Assembly: GCA_038886195.1 (NCBI GenBank)
Contig: JAVZYK010000001.1
Location: 80,339-144,338 of the forward strand
Reading direction: 5' to 3'
Source of the DNA: Candidatus Pacearchaeota archaeon
GTDB lineage: Archaea > Nanobdellota > Nanobdellia > Pacearchaeales > UBA284
DNA: 64,000 nt
Under the pieces are notes generated by a model. It did not search any database and was not told where the DNA came from. It was given only the letters and a program-made list of their open reading frames with translations. This document shows, piece after piece, positions 19,096-28,812 of this stretch. Within the stretch, counting starts at the first letter, position 1. Each line of letters starts with the position of its first letter. The position numbers and the translations under genes were made by a program.

Positions 19096-21436
19096 GCTTC
19101 GGAACTTTTGGGGCTGGAGACAATTTTTTCTTTACTATTGTTTTAACAGCTGTTTTTTGTGGCATTGCCGGTTTTGCCATTGCCATGGGTTTGGGCATTG
19201 GCTTTATAGGAGCTTGAGCTGTTTGAGGCATTGTTCTAGTAGTAATTGATGGCAATCCTCTTGGCGGCATGCCTCTAGGTGGAATTCCAAAACCATATTC
19301 AATTGTTGGAGGAGCCGCTTTTGGCTTGCCTTTAATTTTTATTTTGCCTGTTTTGATAAGATAGAACAGTGCTAAAATAATTACGACGATAATTATTATA
19401 ATTAAAATTGTTGTTGGAAAACCACCTTTTTTCTTGCATTCGCCCAAGCAGCATCTTGAAACATCAGATGCTTGTTTAATTGTGCCTTTACAAGTCATGC
19501 TAGCATTACATGGCACACCTCTTTGTGCTGAACATGATTTTAAACATTGACCTTCACAACATTTCAATGCATCGCTTGTTTCATAACTATTGCCACCAAC
19601 ACAATTTTCATCTGTTTCACATTTATTATAATTACAAGTTTTAGGAATGCACCTGCCGCCTTGTATGCAACAAGTGGTTAAGCCATTGGTGTCAGAGGCA
19701 TTTACAAGAACGCCATCTTTACAATCTTCATCACTAGAACAAATTTCGCCACCTTTTTGCTGGCAAGTTTGTGGTGCTTCAGTACAATAGGCTGTTTGAC
19801 AACAATATAAAGTATCGCTTGCTTGAATCCATTTATCTTGCAAGCAAGAATAGCCAGAATTAGGATCACAATAGGAGCCATTAGCTTGCTGGCAAGTTAA
19901 TGTTGCTGTCGAGCAAATTCCTTTACAACAATAAGGCGAGTCACTGGAATAGATGAAAGGAACTATTCTTCCTTGACTTGTACATTCTTGGCCAAGTCCA
20001 CAAACTGTGCCGCCTATTTCGCTAACACATAATGAAATGCTATAGTTTTTACAACAAACTCCGCTTTGGCAACTATAAGGAACTTGGGCTTCTGTGTTTG
20101 AGCAACTTTGTTTGCATTCTCCATATTTCATTTCACAATTAAAGCTTGAAGTTAAATTACAGCACTCTAAAGTTTCAGAACAATAATAGCTTAAAATTGA
20201 TCCATTTAAAACACTACAGTTTGAGACACAATTGAAGCCATAGATTTCACATTCGGTGCGCCATTCGAAATTTGGCCAAACTCCATAAAGCAAAATGGCT
20301 GTTTCTCTAATGTTATCACAACCAGGACATTCCCATGAACCGGCATTAGTTCCAGTTTTTATCTGTTGCTGTAATAATTTTTCTTTAAGTTTTGTTATAT
20401 TTGCATTGATTGTAGAGCCGGTAATTGAAGCAAGGCCCGTGTCATGATATTTATTGTATGCTGTATTGTTAGCAACTATTAAGCCATCTGTACCTTGCAA
20501 TAAAGCAATTGTTTCAGCATAGTTTTGCTGAGAAGTTAATTTATAAAGAATTGCTTCTGGAAGGAATTTTTTATTTTCATTTGCTTTCATAACAAGATAA
20601 GGAATAAAAATTCTTGAAATACTGGGTTGATTAGCAAAAGCATAAGCTGTCCATAAAGTCGCTTCATAATCACAATTGCCCATATTAGCAATACATTTTG
20701 TTATTAGCTTTAATGAAATCACCTCTAAAGGTTGAGCACTTAAGGTTGAACTTACGACATAATATTCTTTTTGTACTCCTGTTTTTTCAAAAAGAAAATT
20801 TCCCATAAAACTGTCGTTACAAGTTATATTGAATTCTTTTTCAAAACATTGTTGGCTCGGGTTTAATTGAAGCCAATACGTTGCATTACTAAAACATTCT
20901 GTGCTACTTAAACTAGAAACTTGGCCTTTTTTATCAAACTCGACAGAAATTTCTGTTGTATCATAGCGGATCATACAGAGTAGATTATTGTTTTGTGGCT
21001 GTGTTAACTGCAAAAGCCAATTACCTCCGATTGCTATTGTAGGTGTAATTGTATTGTTCAGAAGCCATTCGCTTGCTTTGCTTGAATCTTTATTTACAGA
21101 ATCAAGAACAATTTTGGCAAGAGCTGTGTCGAAGGCATTACAACCTGAAGAGGGCCAGCAAGTTCCATTATTATAAGATTTTTGTAATAAAGATCTTATA
21201 GAAGCATCGATTTGATTTTGTGTCAGCTTTTCTTTTAAAGCAAGAAAAGAAAAAACATGTTGTTGTAAATTTAAATTTTGCCATCTTCCGACTGCTTTGC
21301 CTTGAAGCCATGTGTAAGCTTTCTTTATTTGTAAGGTTTCGTCTTGCTGCTGAGCTAAAACTGAAATAGAAAAAATAAAAAAAGAGATGAGAATTATTGC
21401 TATAAAAATTAATGAAATTCCTCTTTTCGAAACCAT
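19085..21436 (-). CDS. Surface protein: alpha/alpha-barrel-like N-domain, seven Cys repeats, TM, Pro-rich tail
   Basis: QxxDG/GSW-like prenyltransferase-type motifs, C..GG..C..C..SD..CC repeats, IIIII TM, PPRG tail. Confidence 0.75.
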   Translation of the reverse strand: MVSKRGISLIFIAIILISFFIFSISVLAQQQDETLQIKKAYTWLQGKAVGRWQNLNLQQHVFSFLALKEKLTQNQIDASIRSLLQKSYNNGTCWPSSGCNAFDTALAKIVLDSVNKDSSKASEWLLNNTITPTIAIGGNWLLQLTQPQNNNLLCMIRYDTTEISVEFDKKGQVSSLSSTECFSNATYWLQLNPSQQCFEKEFNITCNDSFMGNFLFEKTGVQKEYYVVSSTLSAQPLEVISLKLITKCIANMGNCDYEATLWTAYAFANQPSISRIFIPYLVMKANENKKFLPEAILYKLTSQQNYAETIALLQGTDGLIVANNTAYNKYHDTGLASITGSTINANITKLKEKLLQQQIKTGTNAGSWECPGCDNIRETAILLYGVWPNFEWRTECEIYGFNCVSNCSVLNGSILSYYCSETLECCNLTSSFNCEMKYGECKQSCSNTEAQVPYSCQSGVCCKNYSISLCVSEIGGTVCGLGQECTSQGRIVPFIYSSDSPYCCKGICSTATLTCQQANGSYCDPNSGYSCLQDKWIQASDTLYCCQTAYCTEAPQTCQQKGGEICSSDEDCKDGVLVNASDTNGLTTCCIQGGRCIPKTCNYNKCETDENCVGGNSYETSDALKCCEGQCLKSCSAQRGVPCNASMTCKGTIKQASDVSRCCLGECKKKGGFPTTILIIIIIVVIILALFYLIKTGKIKIKGKPKAAPPTIEYGFGIPPRGMPPRGLPSITTRTMPQTAQAPIKPMPKPMAMAKPAMPQKTAVKTIVKKKLSPAPKVPKPSA

Positions 21437-21505
21437 GTTTTTTTAAAGTTATTAAGCTTTAAAAAACTTTTTAAATATCAAAAGCTTGGGATATTGACGA
21501 AAAAA

Positions 21506-22303
21506 ATGTTAAGCAAAAGAGGCAATAATCAAGACAAAAAAGGCCAAGTCACTTTGTTTATAATTATTGCTATTGTCATTGTGGCCATAATTATTCTTGC
21601 CTTGATTCTTGTGCCGAAACTTTTTCCTAAAAAAATTCCAGCTGCGAAAATAACTGATCCTGAAGCTTACATTCAAGATTGTATAAATCTTGCGCTAGAG
21701 CCCATGGTTGAAACTCTCGCAAGCCAAGGAGGTTATCTTGAATTAGGCAATTGTATTTTTTATAAAAATGTTTGCAGACATTATTTATGTTATGTTACAA
21801 TTCCTTACACAGCCTGTGTTAATCAAGAACCATTACTTAAAGAAAAAATTGAATCAATTTTAAAACAAAAATTGCAGCAAGATAATGTTGTTTCGAATTG
21901 CATTAATAAATTTCAAGAAGCTGCCTCGAAACAAGGCTATGATGTTTCAACATGCAGCTCGCCAACATTTTCAGTAAATTTGACAGAAGGCAAAGTTAAT
22001 GTGCCAATTAAATGTGAAATGACTTTAGTTAAGGGCGAAGAAGTCAAGAGAATAGAAAAAATTAATCCTTATTTGCAATGGCCTTTATATGAGTTTGTGC
22101 TGCTTGCTAAAGAAATCATAAATGACGAGATTACAAACACTGATTTTGATCAAGTTGCTTATATGTTAAGACATTATTGGGTTGAAATTGAAAAGTTCAG
22201 AACAAGCGATGATTCAAAAATTTATACTCTTCGCGAGAGAGCGAGTGGCAAAGAATTTGTCTTTGCTGTGAGAAACTATGTATTGCCGCCTGGACTGATG
22301 TAA
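21506..22303 (+). CDS. Pilin-like protein with class III signal peptide
   Basis: KKG|QVTLFIIIAIVIVAIIIL fits the archaeal prepilin-peptidase site pattern. Confidence 0.75.
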   Translation: MLSKRGNNQDKKGQVTLFIIIAIVIVAIIILALILVPKLFPKKIPAAKITDPEAYIQDCINLALEPMVETLASQGGYLELGNCIFYKNVCRHYLCYVTIPYTACVNQEPLLKEKIESILKQKLQQDNVVSNCINKFQEAASKQGYDVSTCSSPTFSVNLTEGKVNVPIKCEMTLVKGEEVKRIEKINPYLQWPLYEFVLLAKEIINDEITNTDFDQVAYMLRHYWVEIEKFRTSDDSKIYTLRERASGKEFVFAVRNYVLPPGLM

Positions 22304-22336
22304 AATGAAAAATAAAAAAAAGAAAAAGAAAACAAC

Positions 22337-25300
22337 ATGTGGAAAGGAAAAACTCTAAAAATGATAAAGAATAAAAAGAAGATAAAAGAAATTGATTTAA
22401 TAATTTCATTATTTCTTATAGTTTTGACAATTTTGATGCCAATAACCTTTACAGCTTTACAACCTGAAATTGATCTTGTTAAAGGAGAGATAAAACCAAA
22501 TCCTGTTATTGATTCTTTTGCTTCTGTTTTTTCAAAAGTCATTGGATTTTTTGATGTTGTGCCGAGTGTTATGGCACAAGATCTGGGTTGTTGTGAAATT
22601 ATGAAAAATGGAGCAAAATGTCAAATTAGTACTGAAGATGAATGTCAATCACAATGGCATCAAGGCCAGAGTTGTGATACAATTTGTCAAATTGGTTGTT
22701 GTATTGATTCACAAGGCTTTTGTTCTAAGCAAGCGATTTCAACACAATGTCTTGTTCCGCCTGCATTAAAATTTGTTCAAAATGATCCAAATTGTCAACA
22801 AGACATTCTATGTAAAATGGGTTGTTGTACTGTTGGTTATCAAAAAATTTGGACAACTAACTTAACTTGTTCTAATATTTATCATGGTGTCTGGGACGGG
22901 AATGTTCCTGACGAATTGACATGCATTCAACAAGCTTCTCAAGAACAAAGAGGTTGTTGCAGAAGTTATGCTGGCTGTGAATACATTACGGGAGCTGAAT
23001 GTTCAAGCAAATCAGGAAGTTTCTTTCCTAATATGAAATGTTATAGTGGCGTTCCTGGATGCAATTGCCAATTAAATTCTGAAGGAAAATGTGTTGAAGG
23101 ATTTCCTGATTTATACAAAGCCGATAGTTGCGGAAATGCTTATATTGATGAAATTAAAGAGCAATGCTCTGCAAACGGAGGATTTTGCAATGCAAGTTCA
23201 AACAAATGTCAATCTGGAACCTGTTTTGATGTTTATGATAATTACAACAAAAACAATGGAGATTTTACAGCGCTGCCTGGAAGACATGGACAATTAAGAG
23301 AGAGCGGGGAGTCATGGTGTGTTTATGACAGGCCGGATTTGGTTTGGGGAAATGGGACAGAGCCAGCCGGTTCAAGGCATTGGAGATGTTACTGTGTGAA
23401 TGGTATTGAAACATGCGAACCTGCTTCTGATTACAGACAGGAGATATGCGCTGAGACCTTGTTTGATATAAATAAAGGGAAATTAGAAGATATAAATTAT
23501 ACACAAAGATATTCTAGTTCAAATTATAGAAGTGTAGCGGTTTTTGTTGGCAATCCATGGAGAACGTGTATTTTACTTAATGACGAGGAAAAATGCAATG
23601 CAAATCCTGGCTGTTTTTGGATTACTGGTTTTGCGCCCCTTATAGGGAAAAACGCAGTAGATATCTTTAGGATTGAAGATGGCAAAGAGAAGGGGTGGGC
23701 CGGAGTAAGGGCGGATAGTTTAGCAGAAATCGACAGCGGAGACCCACAATTGGGCACTGTAGTTGGGCCGCCTAGATGCCTTCCAAAAATTCCACCAGGG
23801 CTTGATGTTGGTTTTTTTACTCAATTCCAAAACAAAGAGACTGTCTGCAAGCTGGGGAGTTATTCTTGCACAGTCAAAGACAGACTTTCAGGTGGAGATG
23901 AAAATCCAGAATGTGATGACAATGAATGGATGGAGTTGATGGCTCACAGATGCAGAGCAATTGCAGATTGTGGTGTTTGGTTTAATTATTTACATGCTCC
24001 TTCCGCGAGTCCTCCAGTATACACTGCAACGCAAGATGGAATTCTTATAGCTGAAGTGACTCCTGAATATGATTCCGAAGGAAACGTTAGTGCAAAAGAG
24101 ATTGAAATAAACTATAAACTGTTAGATAATAATTTTACAAAGTTTGAAGAATATAGGGAGATAATAAATGATCCTTCCAAAACTTTTGATATGAAAAGGG
24201 AAAAGGGGGGAGAAGGCGGTTGGGGTTGGGCATTGTTGGTTGATGTTATAGGTTACCTGGTGGCGGCGTTATTTCCAGGAGAGTCGGGTTGGGGTTTGGG
24301 TTTAAGTTTTGAGAAGTTCCGCTTGGTTGGTGCTTGGTGGAGCGGAGAAGAAGTTGGTTTACTTAATGCATACACAGGTATCGCTATTATCTGTTTCGTT
24401 ATTGCGTGGGTTATTCCGGGCCCTCAGTGGGCTAAAGAAACTTTCAGAACATTGGGTTATGGCTTTGCAGCCAAAGGCATTGCAACAGCGCTTGGAGCTT
24501 CAACTCCAGTAGGATGGATTATAGGGGCAGTAGCACTGATTACTTATGCTTTGTTCTTCGCGGTTTGGGATGTTGATCATATGGTTGTTGAATGCTATCC
24601 TTATATGCCGCCTGTGGGCGGAGATGATTGCGAAAAATGCAATGATGATCCAATGAGGCCTTGTTCTAAGTACAGATGCGAATCACTTGGAACTGCTTGT
24701 GTTTGGAAGGGCACAACAGCTGATGGAGTTCCTTGCGAACAGAGCCCTGAACAAGAGTGCGGAATTTGCCAGAAAGAAAATAATGATGGAGCACCTCCTT
24801 TGATTACAAAAGTCTCTGTAAAAGAAGAAGGTTATAGTGTTTCGCCTTCACAGCCAGGAATGCCTCCATCAACAATAGTTATTTCAAAAAATGGCGGCAT
24901 TGATCCCTGGAGTTCTTTCACCGTTACACTTGAGTTTAACGAAAGAGCAGTTTGTAAATGGTATAATAAGCACACTTTGAGCTTCAGTGACATGCCTCCG
25001 GTTTGGTTTGATAGTAATACTTGGAAATACAGTCAGACAATGACAATCCCTGTAGGACAATTGCTTCAAGGCTATAATACTGTTCAGATTTATTTGAGAT
25101 GCGCCGATAGCTATATGAATGCTAATATTGGTGAATATATTTTGCAATTTAACGTTTCAACAACTGACTTAACACCGCCGGTTGTTTTGGGCACAGATAG
25201 AGATTATTATAATAAATTTTCATATGGCGTGACTGAATTGCCTTTATCGATTTATGTTAATGAGATGGCTAAATGCAGATGGGCGAAGCAAGATGTTGAC

Positions 25301-26047
25301 TATAGCTTGATGGGCGGCGAGTGCAGTACAACATTAACACAAACTGGCTTTAAGTGTAACACAACTTTAACTGGCTTACAATCAGAGCCGCCTGGAATTG
25401 CAAATACCTTTTATATTAGATGCAATGACACTTCAGGCAATGTTATGCAGCAATCTTATCAATTAATTCTTTATCCTACTTTGCCTTTAAAAATTATCAA
25501 TATTATACCAGAAAACGGCGCTCACGTTAAAGGTTGTGAGATTAGTGGCGTGGAGCTTGAAGTTGAAACAGCTGAAGGAGCCGAGAATGGCAAGGCAATA
25601 TGCTACTGGCAAAATGGCACTCAATGGCAAAGATTTACTGTTACGAATGATGTTGTTCATTTAACTAATTTATCTGCTGTGAGCCAGACTGTAAATATTA
25701 AATGTTATGATTCTGCATTGAATGTTGCTCAGAATTCAACAAGCTTTACAGTTGAGGCAGATCAAACACCGCCAACCATAACAAGAATCTTTAAAGATGG
25801 CTCGCAACTTGTTATAAGGACTGATGAAGATGCTACATGTGCTTATCATTATGCTTGGGGACAGAAAATTAATAATTGTAATTTTGTTGCTAACAATACA
25901 ATGCAAGCAAGAAAATTTACTACAACTGGCGGAACTGAACATAGGACAGAATGGGACGACGAGCCTTGGTATGTTAAGTGTTATGACAGTTGTGGCAATG
26001 GAATAAACAATCCTTGCACAATAGTTTATCCTTCTGAACTTGAATAA
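22337..26047 (+). CDS. Very large Cys-rich secreted protein with internal Gly-rich hydrophobic segment and C-terminal Ig-like repeats
   Basis: Four GCC repeats at the N-terminus; hydrophobic region at ~24205-24571; DxTPP-x-I Ig-like modules. Confidence 0.78.
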   Translation: MWKGKTLKMIKNKKKIKEIDLIISLFLIVLTILMPITFTALQPEIDLVKGEIKPNPVIDSFASVFSKVIGFFDVVPSVMAQDLGCCEIMKNGAKCQISTEDECQSQWHQGQSCDTICQIGCCIDSQGFCSKQAISTQCLVPPALKFVQNDPNCQQDILCKMGCCTVGYQKIWTTNLTCSNIYHGVWDGNVPDELTCIQQASQEQRGCCRSYAGCEYITGAECSSKSGSFFPNMKCYSGVPGCNCQLNSEGKCVEGFPDLYKADSCGNAYIDEIKEQCSANGGFCNASSNKCQSGTCFDVYDNYNKNNGDFTALPGRHGQLRESGESWCVYDRPDLVWGNGTEPAGSRHWRCYCVNGIETCEPASDYRQEICAETLFDINKGKLEDINYTQRYSSSNYRSVAVFVGNPWRTCILLNDEEKCNANPGCFWITGFAPLIGKNAVDIFRIEDGKEKGWAGVRADSLAEIDSGDPQLGTVVGPPRCLPKIPPGLDVGFFTQFQNKETVCKLGSYSCTVKDRLSGGDENPECDDNEWMELMAHRCRAIADCGVWFNYLHAPSASPPVYTATQDGILIAEVTPEYDSEGNVSAKEIEINYKLLDNNFTKFEEYREIINDPSKTFDMKREKGGEGGWGWALLVDVIGYLVAALFPGESGWGLGLSFEKFRLVGAWWSGEEVGLLNAYTGIAIICFVIAWVIPGPQWAKETFRTLGYGFAAKGIATALGASTPVGWIIGAVALITYALFFAVWDVDHMVVECYPYMPPVGGDDCEKCNDDPMRPCSKYRCESLGTACVWKGTTADGVPCEQSPEQECGICQKENNDGAPPLITKVSVKEEGYSVSPSQPGMPPSTIVISKNGGIDPWSSFTVTLEFNERAVCKWYNKHTLSFSDMPPVWFDSNTWKYSQTMTIPVGQLLQGYNTVQIYLRCADSYMNANIGEYILQFNVSTTDLTPPVVLGTDRDYYNKFSYGVTELPLSIYVNEMAKCRWAKQDVDYSLMGGECSTTLTQTGFKCNTTLTGLQSEPPGIANTFYIRCNDTSGNVMQQSYQLILYPTLPLKIINIIPENGAHVKGCEISGVELEVETAEGAENGKAICYWQNGTQWQRFTVTNDVVHLTNLSAVSQTVNIKCYDSALNVAQNSTSFTVEADQTPPTITRIFKDGSQLVIRTDEDATCAYHYAWGQKINNCNFVANNTMQARKFTTTGGTEHRTEWDDEPWYVKCYDSCGNGINNPCTIVYPSELE

Positions 26048-26159
26048 AGAAAGACAGCAATTTATTTTTTATCGTCTGTAAATTAAAGATATTTTTCAGT
26101 AACGTAATGTTTAAATAGTGGATAAAAGATAAAATAATAAAGTTAAAGGTAAAAGAAAG

Positions 26160-26798
26160 ATGGCAAATCCATTCAATTTTTTAATAAGGCTTTTTAATGA
26201 TGTTTTCGGAACAAAGAAAAACATAAAATTAGGTTTTTATGGCCCTCCAAATAGCGGCAAGACAACTTTGGCTAATAGAATTTGCAAAGATTGGACTGGC
26301 GAAGAATTGGGAGAAGTATCGAAAATTCCTCATGAAACAAGAGAGGTTCAATTTAAAGAAAAAGTTGATATTAACTTCAATAATAAAAAAGCTACATTTA
26401 AGATTATCGATACTCCAGGTATAGCTACAAAAATAGATTATGAAGAATTTTTACACTATGGTTTGAATGTTAAAGAGGCAAAAAAAAGAGCTAAAGAAGC
26501 TACACAAGGAGTTATTGAAGCAATAAAATGGTTAGATGATATGGACGCTGTTGTTGTGGTTCTTGATTCTACAAAAAATCCTTATACACAAGTTAATATT
26601 ACAATCATAGGCAATCTTGCAGCAAGAAAAATTCCTGTTTTAATTGCAGCTAATAAAATAGATTTAAGAGGTTCTAAAGTTAAAAAAATTGAAGCAGCGT
26701 TTCCAGAGTACAAAGTTGTTGGCATTAGCGCAAAACAAGGCCACAATATGGATTCATTTTATGCTTCGCTTTTCGATTTAATAAAAAAGAGGAAATAA
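26160..26798 (+). CDS. oapA: Era-like GTPase (OapA-like)
   Basis: GPPNSGKT, IPHETR, DTPG, NKID, SAK; AKEATQGVIEAIKWL. Confidence 0.82.
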   Translation: MANPFNFLIRLFNDVFGTKKNIKLGFYGPPNSGKTTLANRICKDWTGEELGEVSKIPHETREVQFKEKVDINFNNKKATFKIIDTPGIATKIDYEEFLHYGLNVKEAKKRAKEATQGVIEAIKWLDDMDAVVVVLDSTKNPYTQVNITIIGNLAARKIPVLIAANKIDLRGSKVKKIEAAFPEYKVVGISAKQGHNMDSFYASLFDLIKKRK

Positions 26799-26800
26799 AA

Positions 26801-27187
26801 ATGGGGAAAAATATAACTTTACAATTTTTACCATATGCTGAAATAGCTTATCTTTCTAGTTATCAAAGAGTTAAGAAACTTGTGGAATTGGCTTCTCAAG
26901 AAAAAATTTTGTTAATTCAAGGAAAGTTGGCGCCAGAAGAAGAAGCTGATTTAATTTCAGAAACAATGAAAGCAATAGGCAAGAAAAGTTCAAAGTTTAA
27001 AGGAATTGAACTTGCAAGCTTTGTTCCTAAAGTTAAAAATGTGTCTTTTGGGCAGACAGTGAAAGAAAGCATTGCTCGAGCTTTATTAGGAAGCGATAGA
27101 GACGTCTTTACTGTGATTGGACCAGCAACAATTGTTCGCGAAATAAAGAAGGATCCTACAAAAATACAATTGTTATTAAGAAAATAA
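26801..27187 (+). CDS. oapB: DUF2073-family protein (OapB-like)
   Basis: LAPEEEADLISETM...FKGIE...TVIGPA; second gene of the triad. Confidence 0.78.
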   Translation: MGKNITLQFLPYAEIAYLSSYQRVKKLVELASQEKILLIQGKLAPEEEADLISETMKAIGKKSSKFKGIELASFVPKVKNVSFGQTVKESIARALLGSDRDVFTVIGPATIVREIKKDPTKIQLLLRK

Positions 27188-27228
27188 AAAAGAGAAAAGA
27201 ATAAATACTATGAATTTTTATGTTATTT

Positions 27229-27600
27229 ATGGCTCATCGATGTGTTCGTTGCGGAAAAATTTACAATTCTACCGCTCCCGAGATTTTGAAAGGTTGTAGT
27301 TGTGGTTCTCATTATTTTTTCTTTTTTCGCGACGAGGATATTAAGTTAAAGGAAGAAACTGAAAAATTAACTAGGGAAGAAAGAGAAGAGATAATGCAAG
27401 ATATTAAAGAGATTATTGGGGTGGAAGTAGAAAAGCCAGTCATTCTTGATTTGGAATCAATCAGAATAACAAAGCCTGGGAAATTTGAAATTGATCTCGT
27501 TAGTTTGTTCAAGAGAAAACCAGTAATTTATAAAGTTGCAGAAGGAAAATATATCATAGATATTCCATCTACATTTCATTTTACAATGAAAAAAGAATAA
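27229..27600 (+). CDS. oapC: Zn-ribbon protein (DUF2072/OapC-like)
   Basis: MAHRCVRCG...ILKGCSCGSHYF...ESIRITKPGKFEIDL. Confidence 0.8.
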   Translation: MAHRCVRCGKIYNSTAPEILKGCSCGSHYFFFFRDEDIKLKEETEKLTREEREEIMQDIKEIIGVEVEKPVILDLESIRITKPGKFEIDLVSLFKRKPVIYKVAEGKYIIDIPSTFHFTMKKE

Positions 27601-27667
27601 AATAGAAAGATTTATATATTGGTTTTTATTAGTTTTTCTACAATAAAATAGTGACAAATTATTAAAA

Positions 27668-28018
27668 ATGATCAATTATAAAGAATTTAAAAATAAAGAT
27701 GTTCTTGCAATTATAAGAGATGCCCAATTAGCTATATCTGATTTGCTTGAACAAGATAGTTGGAAAAAATATGAAAATTCTGTTAGACAAGGAAATAATG
27801 AACCAGAAAAAACATTCATTACTCAAATTAGAAATTTCGCAGATAATAGGACTTCTAGAGATTTAATTTATAAATTAGCCGAAGATGCTGATAACTTAAG
27901 AAAACGATTAAGAAAAGGAGATTTGAATTTTAAAATTGACGATCAATTAAAAAAGAATATTTACAGGGCACTTTCAACTTATGTTGGACTAATAACTTTA
28001 ATAGAGGGAGAAAATTAG
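27668..28018 (+). CDS. Hypothetical helical protein
   Basis: 116-aa ORF with a TATA-like element upstream; no motif recognised. Confidence 0.55.
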   Translation: MINYKEFKNKDVLAIIRDAQLAISDLLEQDSWKKYENSVRQGNNEPEKTFITQIRNFADNRTSRDLIYKLAEDADNLRKRLRKGDLNFKIDDQLKKNIYRALSTYVGLITLIEGEN

Positions 28019-28021
28019 TTA

Positions 28022-28732
28022 TTAACCCATATAGCTCAATTGTTTCTTTTCTTTTTCTGTTTTGACTTCAGCGAGTTTTGTAAATAAATCCCGTAATTTT
28101 TCTTCGAATTCTTTGGCTTTTTGGAAAAGCGGTTTAGGATCGATTGTCAAGCCAAGATATTTATCAAGAATTTCTATTAGCTTTGCAGCTCCTTTGTTGT
28201 CGGGAAGTTCAGAATGAGTTTCAACAAAAAAACATGTCAATGGAGTTTCTTTCATTTTCATTAATAATGCTCCAGTTACTCCTATTATTATACCTTCATC
28301 TAAAGGCTTAACTTTCATTGCTTGAATCGCTTTCTTTTTTTCTTCTCTATTGGTATAAAAAAATGTCTGCGGTTCTTTTATCTGGACTGTTGATGCAACG
28401 CCCTCTAATCCAATAAACTCTTTAGCTTTCAATTCTTTGGCCAACCTCACTAAAGTGTCGGCAATCTCCCATTCTAAGCCATCAACTGGAGTTACTGCTT
28501 GAACAAGCAAAATGTTTGTTTTTTTATCATAAAAAATTTCTAAAGGATATATTAAAGAAGATTTGTGAATTGCAGCAACGGGCATTATTTTCTCACTAGT
28601 TATTCTACCTATTGGCTTTGCGCCAAGATGCCTTATAAGAAACTCTGTCGCAATAGTTGAAACAAAACCGAAACCAGGAAAGCCTTCTATAATTATAGGT
28701 CTTTCAGGCCTTTCATCAAGTTCAATTCTCAT
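28022..28732 (-). CDS. Proteasome assembly chaperone (PAC2 family)
   Basis: IEGFPGFGFVSTIATEFL, GIIIGVTGAL, PDNKGAA. Confidence 0.88.
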   Translation of the reverse strand: MRIELDERPERPIIIEGFPGFGFVSTIATEFLIRHLGAKPIGRITSEKIMPVAAIHKSSLIYPLEIFYDKKTNILLVQAVTPVDGLEWEIADTLVRLAKELKAKEFIGLEGVASTVQIKEPQTFFYTNREEKKKAIQAMKVKPLDEGIIIGVTGALLMKMKETPLTCFFVETHSELPDNKGAAKLIEILDKYLGLTIDPKPLFQKAKEFEEKLRDLFTKLAEVKTEKEKKQLSYMG

Positions 28733-28812
28733 TTTTCCTCTTTTTTATTAGTGCTAAAAGTTGATAAGGTTTATAAAGCTTTTTGCTTTTTTACAGAACA
28801 GAAAAATTAAAA

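Noticed and set aside
11407..26047. Diversity-generating retroelement acting on the surface proteins
   Set aside because: No reverse transcriptase and no TR/VR near-duplicate pair seen in the window.
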